IMG/VR virus record: IMGVR_UViG_3300022225_001767
DNA: 64,000 nucleotides
From: a virus
Reading direction: 5' to 3' (one strand)
Positions 58,239 through 64,000 of the stretch are shown here, in pieces. The notes under the pieces were generated by a model. That model saw only the letters and a program-made list of their open reading frames with translations, did no database searches and was not told where the DNA came from. Within the stretch, counting starts at the first letter, position 1; each line of letters begins with the position of its first letter. Made by a program: the position numbers and the translations under genes.

Positions 58239-58865
58239 ATGAGCAACCCATTACGCCACCTTGCCACCGCCATTGTTACTGCTTGTCAAACTAAAGACAA
58301 CGCAAAACACGTCAAACAGAGCACCGTCCTTGATGTTCTTACTAAGCATGAAGGCTACAGAAGTATACAGGCGCGAGACAACGCAACTGCTACGCGTAAC
58401 GATGACAAACCACTGCCATCGGACGTTGTCGCATTGCGAGGGCTTCTTTACGCCAACTATCCACATTCTGACTTACTTCCCATAGAACTTGGTGAAGCCA
58501 TCACATTTAAAGGCTCCCTCGTTTCGCACCCTGATTGGGGATGCGATGCACCCTTCGCCGTCATGTGGGATTTACTCAGTAATGAACTACATGCAGCGGT
58601 CGATGAGCTTGAGCGCTGGAACCGCTTGTGCGACCGCCTTGAAGACGTTATTGAGTCTGGCACTGACGCTATAAACGAAGTGTTGATTGCTTTCCCACCA
58701 CGTATTGCGCAGTTTCTTCACGCAGAGTTTGATGAAGTGACCGACGACACCATGTTGCCTGTTAAACAGGCTGCGGAGAAATATCGCGCCCTAGAGCGCT
58801 TTCAATCTGATGTTGAGAGTGTCACGGATGCGCTTCGCAATGCCCGTTCGGCACAAGACAGATAA
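58239..58865 (+). CDS. Protein with Glyoxalase_8-like N-terminal helical motif
   Basis: VKQSTVLDVLTKHEGYRSIQA; GGAG SD. Confidence 0.6.
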   Translation: MSNPLRHLATAIVTACQTKDNAKHVKQSTVLDVLTKHEGYRSIQARDNATATRNDDKPLPSDVVALRGLLYANYPHSDLLPIELGEAITFKGSLVSHPDWGCDAPFAVMWDLLSNELHAAVDELERWNRLCDRLEDVIESGTDAINEVLIAFPPRIAQFLHAEFDEVTDDTMLPVKQAAEKYRALERFQSDVESVTDALRNARSAQDR

Positions 58866-58889
58866 CCATCAATTTGTGGCCTGTGTTTG

Positions 58890-58936
58890 TTGACACAGGC
58901 TGTGTTTGTTGTTAATATAATAACCGTCAACACAAC
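58890..58936 (+). promoter_or_regulatory. Repeated promoter + GTCAACACAAC leader
   Basis: TTGACA 58890, TGTTAATAT, GTCAAC 58926. Confidence 0.85.
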
Positions 58937-58951
58937 AACAGGAATGCACAC

Positions 58952-59194
58952 ATGAAAGTATCTCGTTTACTTGAACTCAACGAAGACCGTCGCATGAAAA
59001 AGGCGAAAACGGAAGACTTGCACGGTACGGTAACGGTCTCTGATACGCTCGCTTGCTTGGACACCTATACGTTCATCAGACAAAAAGAAGAAGGCTTCTA
59101 CTTGCTGAACGTTGACCCCCTCAGCGAAGAAATCACCAGCATTCTGGTTAAATCAGAGTTCCTCAGTGCAGACGTGCTGGCTATCTTTAAATAG
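58952..59194 (+). CDS. Small hypothetical protein
   Basis: 80 aa, AGGA SD. Confidence 0.7.
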   Translation: MKVSRLLELNEDRRMKKAKTEDLHGTVTVSDTLACLDTYTFIRQKEEGFYLLNVDPLSEEITSILVKSEFLSADVLAIFK

Positions 59195-59261
59195 CCACTT
59201 CGTTTTACGCTACAGCTAGGCGCTTCGGCGCCTTCACAGTCTCATTGATAAAGGGAACGCC

Positions 59262-59753
59262 ATGTATAAGCATGTCACCGTTACGCTCATTCGCGCATTT
59301 TTTGCCAACGTTAAATCATTAGCTGTATTGGTTAACCGAGTGCCTGTCTTAACCTCAGATCAAGTGGGGGATGACGAGGTCTTTGAGCGTTTAGCATCGA
59401 CGCTGATCGCCCGGTTAAAGGAAGCCCATAGTCATGTGGACTACGGCATCTACGACGTCATTATGAGTACGACATCAGCAGAAGTGGATTGGGTTAAAAC
59501 CATCGACTACCTCACAGAGAAGAACATACCGCCCACATCGTCTGATACCGCCATGTATGTCAAAGAAGTCACGGTCACCGATCCTGACACGCAACTTCCC
59601 GTCGACATCGTTATCTACAAAGACCGTGGTACTGACGCCATGTTTGGCGTGGACAGCGCATACATATCAAGGCTCGGAGACGATGAAGGCGTGATCAGCC
59701 CTGTTAGCGGAAAAGGTGTTATTCTCGTTGAGCCAGAAGAAACCTCTTCCTAA
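59262..59753 (+). CDS. Hypothetical protein
   Basis: 163 aa ORF. Confidence 0.75.
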   Translation: MYKHVTVTLIRAFFANVKSLAVLVNRVPVLTSDQVGDDEVFERLASTLIARLKEAHSHVDYGIYDVIMSTTSAEVDWVKTIDYLTEKNIPPTSSDTAMYVKEVTVTDPDTQLPVDIVIYKDRGTDAMFGVDSAYISRLGDDEGVISPVSGKGVILVEPEETSS

Positions 59754-59855
59754 CGAGCAGCGACAAGACGAACCAAGCCACCGTCAGCCTTTTTAATTAG
59801 ACCATGGCGACACAGCACACACTGTGATTGCCATGACTCCTACGGAGCCTTTGTT

Positions 59856-60326
59856 ATGTATATCACGACTTACGAAACGCGACACTTTGAGTTTATTGCC
59901 GTAGGCACCACGCCTGAGAGCGCCAAGACTGGACTGGACAGTGCCGTTCAGCGCCACGGTAAGATCTACCCTGACTGCAACGCAGAAGAACTGTTAAACG
60001 ACATTAGAGATGACGGCGTTAACCTCTACTTTATCCCCTGCGGAGAAGGCATCAATATGCTTTCTTCAGACTGCGAGACATTTAACGGCCCGCATAACAA
60101 TGTCAGCGTTCCGTTAACCATTAACATCTATAACGGCATAACGCCAACCAACCCAGCGCCAACGCAACGCTGCATCCCGCTTCATGGTGTTAGCGACATG
60201 CTGAGTCATGCGTCCCAATTACTTGCTGCACGAAAGGCGTTACGTGAAGGGCGTATAACCGAAGCCGCATTCGATGCACTGTTCGATGAACTTGATGAGT
60301 CATTGTCGACATACTTGTCTGAATAA
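59856..60326 (+). CDS. Hypothetical protein
   Basis: 156 aa, GGAG SD. Confidence 0.75.
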   Translation: MYITTYETRHFEFIAVGTTPESAKTGLDSAVQRHGKIYPDCNAEELLNDIRDDGVNLYFIPCGEGINMLSSDCETFNGPHNNVSVPLTINIYNGITPTNPAPTQRCIPLHGVSDMLSHASQLLAARKALREGRITEAAFDALFDELDESLSTYLSE

Positions 60327-60332
60327 ATTTTG

Positions 60333-60380
60333 TTGCACTTTGTCAAATTTATTGATATATTTAAACTGTCAACACAACAG
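60333..60380 (+). promoter_or_regulatory. Repeated promoter + GTCAACACAACAG leader
   Basis: TTGCAC 60333, TGATATATT, GTCAAC 60368. Confidence 0.8.
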
Positions 60381-60389
60381 GAGAGAAAC

Positions 60390-60587
60390 ATGCACCTTAG
60401 TCAACTTATCGACAACGCTTGCGAGGCTGTAACCAACATTAACCTTACGCTGCAAAAAAGCAAGATGGCGCTCATGTCAGATGCCTCATTCACACAAGAG
60501 CAAAAGCAAGCCATTTTAACAATGCTGGAGCCAACTGAAAGCGCAATATCACAAGCTACTCAAAGCTTCGTCATTTCGGAAGAGTAA
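60390..60587 (+). CDS. Small hypothetical protein
   Basis: ATG after AGGAG SD. Confidence 0.7.
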   Translation: MHLSQLIDNACEAVTNINLTLQKSKMALMSDASFTQEQKQAILTMLEPTESAISQATQSFVISEE

Positions 60588-60624
60588 TCTTTCCTTAATT
60601 CACGCGACACACTTGTCGGAAATA

Positions 60625-60672
60625 TTGACAACGCTCTCTGACTTTGAGACGCTGACATGGTCAACACAACAG
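60625..60672 (+). promoter_or_regulatory. Repeated promoter + GTCAACACAACAG leader
   Basis: TTGACA 60625, TGAGACGCT, GTCAAC 60660. Confidence 0.85.
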
Positions 60673-60681
60673 GAGAATGCC

Positions 60682-60918
60682 ATGACGCTTAATGACTTTG
60701 TCTTATCTCGCCAACGAGCAATAAGCGCTAATTTTGCATTACGTAATCGCGCTCCCTACTCCCGACAACGCAATCCTGAAAGGGTGCTTCAATGGCGTGC
60801 GCAGCAGCGTGCTACAATACGCCGTTTCATCCAGGAAGTCAGGCTTTCGGAAAACAAAGATACCGCTCATATCATGAGTAAGGCCGTCGCCAACTTGGTG
60901 ACACCTAAGTTTAACTAA
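60682..60918 (+). CDS. Small basic hypothetical protein
   Basis: ATG after AGGAG SD. Confidence 0.7.
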   Translation: MTLNDFVLSRQRAISANFALRNRAPYSRQRNPERVLQWRAQQRATIRRFIQEVRLSENKDTAHIMSKAVANLVTPKFN

Positions 60919-60942
60919 TACGAGCAATATGTCGGTTTCTTA

Positions 60943-60990
60943 TTGACAACACTCTCAGTTTTTGAGATACTAATCCTGTCAACACAACAG
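60943..60990 (+). promoter_or_regulatory. Repeated promoter + GTCAACACAACAG leader (consensus-like copy)
   Basis: TTGACA-ACACTCTCAGTTTTTGA-GATACT-AATCCT-GTCAACACAACAGGAG. Confidence 0.9.
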
Positions 60991-60999
60991 GAGAGAGAC

Positions 61000-61269
61000 A
61001 TGGCTTTATCTGAACAAGCAATGATCAGCAAAATCAATAAGGCGCTACCAGAAGCGAACGCCGTACCTATGGCTGAATTTTACGGCGACCCGTCACGTAA
61101 AGGCATCTGGCTACGAGGCAGCGAAGAGTTTGCATCAGATGGTTTACCTATCTTTAACGCAGGCACTATCGAGGACGCTCTGCACCCTACACTACAAGCT
61201 ATCGTCGATGACAATGGCTGGTACGGCGAACCCTATGACGGTGGCACGCTAATGCTATACAAGGTGTAG
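61000..61269 (+). CDS. Small hypothetical protein
   Basis: ATG after AGGAG SD. Confidence 0.75.
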   Translation: MALSEQAMISKINKALPEANAVPMAEFYGDPSRKGIWLRGSEEFASDGLPIFNAGTIEDALHPTLQAIVDDNGWYGEPYDGGTLMLYKV

Positions 61270-61271
61270 CC

Positions 61272-61577
61272 GTGTGCTGGGCCACGCCTTATATCACTAA
61301 GTTGCAGCGAGGCGAAACCGTGTCGTTTCGTCCGCGAGGCAACTCAATGACAGGGCGCATATCGTCAGGACAAAAGGTCACCGTGCGCCCTCTTGGCAGC
61401 GACGAGGGCCTTAAAAAACGTGATATTGTGCTCTGTACGGTATCAGGGGTGCAGTATTTGCACCTTGTCACTGCGGTGCAGCCAGGTCGCGTCCAAATAT
61501 CCAACAACCACGGCAAGGTTAATGGGTGGACACCGATAAAAAATATTTACGGCAAGTGCATCCGCGTAGAACCGTAG
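61272..61577 (+). CDS. Stand-alone S24/S26 peptidase-like protein
   Basis: RGNSM…I.SGQKV…DIVLC…YLHLV. Confidence 0.6.
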   Translation: MCWATPYITKLQRGETVSFRPRGNSMTGRISSGQKVTVRPLGSDEGLKKRDIVLCTVSGVQYLHLVTAVQPGRVQISNNHGKVNGWTPIKNIYGKCIRVEP

Positions 61578-61611
61578 GTGCACATGTTAAAAACGAGTTG
61601 AGGAAATAACG

Positions 61612-61821
61612 ATGGCGAATAAAAGACGCCCTTACGGGATTTATAAAGGCAACCCTGAACACATCTCGCCCTACGGGCCGGATGTTGCAGACTGCCAAGA
61701 GTTTCTTCCTCAGGGAGAACGCATTCGCAACAAGAAAGCGAAACGTCGCTACCACAACAAAGTGGCACGAGCGACGGCTAAAAAAGCCATGAACGACGAT
61801 GTTCGCGATAGCTTTTCTTGA
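61612..61821 (+). CDS. Small basic hypothetical protein
   Basis: 69 aa, GAGG SD. Confidence 0.65.
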   Translation: MANKRRPYGIYKGNPEHISPYGPDVADCQEFLPQGERIRNKKAKRRYHNKVARATAKKAMNDDVRDSFS

Positions 61822-61848
61822 TTTTTCTGGATGTTCTTCACGCGATTA

Positions 61849-61896
61849 TTGACAAAAAACACAGCTTTTGCAATACTCGCTCTGTCAGCACAACAG
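61849..61896 (+). promoter_or_regulatory. Repeated promoter + variant GTCAGCACAACAG leader
   Basis: TTGACA 61849, TGCAATACT, GTCAGC 61884. Confidence 0.8.
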
Positions 61897-61906
61897 AGGA
61901 AATATT

Positions 61907-62191
61907 ATGGTCTTACGCAACATCCCAACGGTCTACATATCCGTACTTGAAAATGGCACTTTCAATATGGTCGACCGTCATGTAAATTTTCGTGTAGGCG
62001 ACGAGGGGCAACTTTTTTGTTCAGACATCGACGCCATCAGCTACGATTGCGAAGTCAGAGGCTATCAGTGGATTGCCCCTGCACTTGAACAATGGGCAAA
62101 GAAGCAAAAGGGCTACTGGGAATGGGAGAATGCGGAAACTATTGTTTTCGTACACGAAAGTGATCAGGTTCGTTTTCGAGCCCCACAATAA
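61907..62191 (+). CDS. Hypothetical protein
   Basis: ATG after GAGG SD. Confidence 0.7.
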   Translation: MVLRNIPTVYISVLENGTFNMVDRHVNFRVGDEGQLFCSDIDAISYDCEVRGYQWIAPALEQWAKKQKGYWEWENAETIVFVHESDQVRFRAPQ

Positions 62192-62241
62192 ACAATGAGG
62201 GGGGCACCCCTTATTCAATCTATGCAAAATAAGGTTTATCT

Positions 62242-62613
62242 ATGAACAACGCATCACAACCACAGGGCGACACCCTTTATCTTAGCCGACAGATTGCCGC
62301 ACGCCTCACCGATTTCGTCAAGGCAACCAAATCGCCCATTATTATCACCAACCCGTGGTTGGCTCAGGCGCTGTTTATGCTAAAGCGAACATTGCCGCTT
62401 CGTTATGATAACGCGCCATATGCTGATTTAGAGTACTTGTTTACGCAATACCCTGGCTTCTCTATTGCATTTGTTAACGAAAACATTGCAATTGGATGGG
62501 AAGGTTGCAACGACAACCCCTTAATACCCATTGACCTTGCGACGTTAGGTAATATGCTTTGCCCTACATCACGGGCGACGCTGCGAAGCATCATTGATTT
62601 GGATGAACAATAA
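62242..62613 (+). CDS. Hypothetical protein
   Basis: 123 aa ORF. Confidence 0.7.
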   Translation: MNNASQPQGDTLYLSRQIAARLTDFVKATKSPIIITNPWLAQALFMLKRTLPLRYDNAPYADLEYLFTQYPGFSIAFVNENIAIGWEGCNDNPLIPIDLATLGNMLCPTSRATLRSIIDLDEQ

Positions 62614-62963
62614 TGTCACGACTATCATCTAAAGCGATAAACGCCTTTCTCAGCGAGAACTTTGGAGGTGAACTCTCTGCTAATGTGGCCGCCAGCACGA
62701 CATCTGAACTCGTTCAGATCATGACGGATGCAGGCATCCCACCCGGCGAACCCGAAAATGACAGCGTGCTTTTAAGCGATATTCGCGATGTCATCGTTGA
62801 GCTTGCGGCAGTATACGAGTGTTTGCTTAACACGACGAACACGGGCGCGCCACTGGCAATTGACATCCCCTCAATAGAGACACCATTAGGGCAGCGTATC
62901 AACGACATCTTACCTCGCCCAGGTGAAACCCCTAACATCAACGATAACAAAGGCAGAGATTAA
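62613..62963 (+). CDS. Hypothetical protein
   Basis: TAATG overlap. Confidence 0.7.
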   Translation: MSRLSSKAINAFLSENFGGELSANVAASTTSELVQIMTDAGIPPGEPENDSVLLSDIRDVIVELAAVYECLLNTTNTGAPLAIDIPSIETPLGQRINDILPRPGETPNINDNKGRD

Positions 62964-62964
62964 C

Positions 62965-63243
62965 ATGGGCCCTTACGACAACGAGACCGGCAAGTACCTC
63001 TTTGACAATGATATTATGTCAGCACACTGGCTTTACCATGATGACAGTGAATCACTGTATATTATCGGGCGTGATGAGCACGGCTTTGAAGGCTATGGCA
63101 ATGATGATGACATCGAGGCGGCGCTTTTTGCGCTTACTGACAGCGAGTTAGACAATGACGCGCTCATGGAAAGCAAAGGCTTTACGCTTGTGCCAGACCC
63201 GCTACGCCGCTTTGGTGTGAATGAAGGTTATTACGCGGCATAA
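62965..63243 (+). CDS. Small acidic protein
   Basis: 92 aa, D/E-rich. Confidence 0.7.
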   Translation: MGPYDNETGKYLFDNDIMSAHWLYHDDSESLYIIGRDEHGFEGYGNDDDIEAALFALTDSELDNDALMESKGFTLVPDPLRRFGVNEGYYAA

Positions 63244-63275
63244 CGTTGCAAGAGGCGGCCTTTTGCCTAATTTAC

Positions 63276-63323
63276 TTGACAACGCTCACACCATTTGAGA
63301 TACTTGTCTTGTCAACACAACAG
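63276..63323 (+). promoter_or_regulatory. Repeated promoter + GTCAACACAACAG leader
   Basis: TTGACA 63276, TGAGATACT, GTCAAC 63311. Confidence 0.9.
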
Positions 63324-63332
63324 GAGGCCGTC

Positions 63333-63554
63333 ATGCCGTCAATATGCAAATACTGTAATCAACCCGTTATCCTTTCACCTTCAGCGTCAGAACGCGCAAA
63401 GAAGAGTGATAAGCCGGCATCGTATTACACTGCGCTTTTTCCCAATCACTCTGAATGTGAAGTGGCTGCGAGAAGTGCAGGCTCTGTTGCGCTAATGCGC
63501 AGTATCAAAAAGCAGCGTGCTGCCGAGCGCGTCACTTATCCACTTGGGCAGTAA
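63333..63554 (+). CDS. Small putative zinc-binding protein
   Basis: CKYC…HSEC; AGGAGG SD. Confidence 0.7.
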   Translation: MPSICKYCNQPVILSPSASERAKKSDKPASYYTALFPNHSECEVAARSAGSVALMRSIKKQRAAERVTYPLGQ

Positions 63555-63579
63555 GCTGCCCTCACAAGGAATCTCAATC

Positions 63580-64000
63580 ATGAACGAAAAACGCTACTTT
63601 TACTTTGTCAGCACGCCTGATGCAGCCAAAGCGATATTGAGTAACTTTGATGCCAACATCGCCCCTAAGCGTGATGAAATTGTGAACTCGCTTTATATCG
63701 AAGCCGGTGGTGCCGTCGCGCATACTGAAGCGTCCAACTGGGGCAGGGCGTCTAGCATTCGCTATTTGGTCTACCCCGTCGCTCACCCAATTGTGTCTGC
63801 CTCGCACATTAAAGTCCATGACACCCGTGAGCATAACGGTGAGAAAGTGGCGATTGTCGGTGGCAAAGGCAATCATAAGCTTGGTAAGGCACTGAACGCC
63901 CTTGTTGCCAAAGCCAATGACGCACTGACCGAGTATCCGTACCTTAGCGACTGGTTTATTTCTTCTAATAACCTGATGCGAACCATGATTGGCGATCGCG
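63580..64000 (+). CDS. Hypothetical protein (runs off the window)
   Basis: AAGGA SD, ATG 63580 MNEKRYFYFVS…; no stop seen in the part read. Confidence 0.65.
   Translation, partial: MNEKRYFYFVSTPDAAKAILSNFDANIAPKRDEIVNSLYIEAGGAVAHTEASNWGRASSIRYLVYPVAHPIVSASHIKVHDTREHNGEKVAIVGGKGNHKLGKALNALVAKANDALTEYPYLSDWFISSNNLMRTMIGDR

Noticed and set aside
3722-63323. Integron attC cassette array as an explanation for the repeats
   Set aside because: The repeats lie upstream of genes with -35/-10 spacing and SD, lack RYYYAAC…GTTRRRY attC structure, and no integrase is present
290-63895. Numerous short overlapping or antisense ORFs in the six-frame track
   Set aside because: They are nested in or opposite longer ORFs that have SD sites and promoters, with no independent support
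1-64000. Firm assignment as a prophage or jumbo phage
   Set aside because: No virion, terminase, polymerase or integrase gene in the window. Porin and PEP-CTERM-like cargo favour a megaplasmid, but the replicon type cannot be proven from this window.

Overview
A 64 kb, roughly 45% GC region from what looks like a very large mobile replicon. It is most likely a megaplasmid of a marine gammaproteobacterium such as an Alteromonas-type host; a jumbo phage cannot be excluded. There are no rRNA, tRNA, CRISPR, replication, transfer or virion genes. About 95 mostly small, mostly + strand ORFs are present, and most are hypothetical. Recognisable genes are ssb, an SspB-like adaptor, a PPP-family metallophosphatase, a DUF262/ParB-like protein, a minimal nucleotidyltransferase, a deaminase, a trypsin-like protease, an alpha/beta hydrolase, a GNAT protein, a porin plus binding-protein pair and six PEP-CTERM-like exported proteins. 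Three non-coding layers stand out. (1) About 35 co-oriented copies of a sigma70-type promoter (TTGACA-N17-GATACT, with TG extension) are predicted to make their mRNAs start with GUCAACACAAC just before the ribosome-binding site. (2) A roughly 255-nt structured RNA at about 18073-18329 has two GC-clamped hairpin loops, each displaying the exact antisense of that shared leader, suggesting one sRNA controls the whole regulon. (3) Eight dispersed loci each pair a roughly 200-nt leader, sharing a sequence-divergent pseudoknot-like architecture, with a protein carrying a related N-terminal helical (Glyoxalase_8-like) motif. There is also an ArfA-like ORF with a terminator inside its reading frame. 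Start codons were corrected by eye where the ORF track ran through the promoter repeat. All family assignments come from motif recognition, not database searches.
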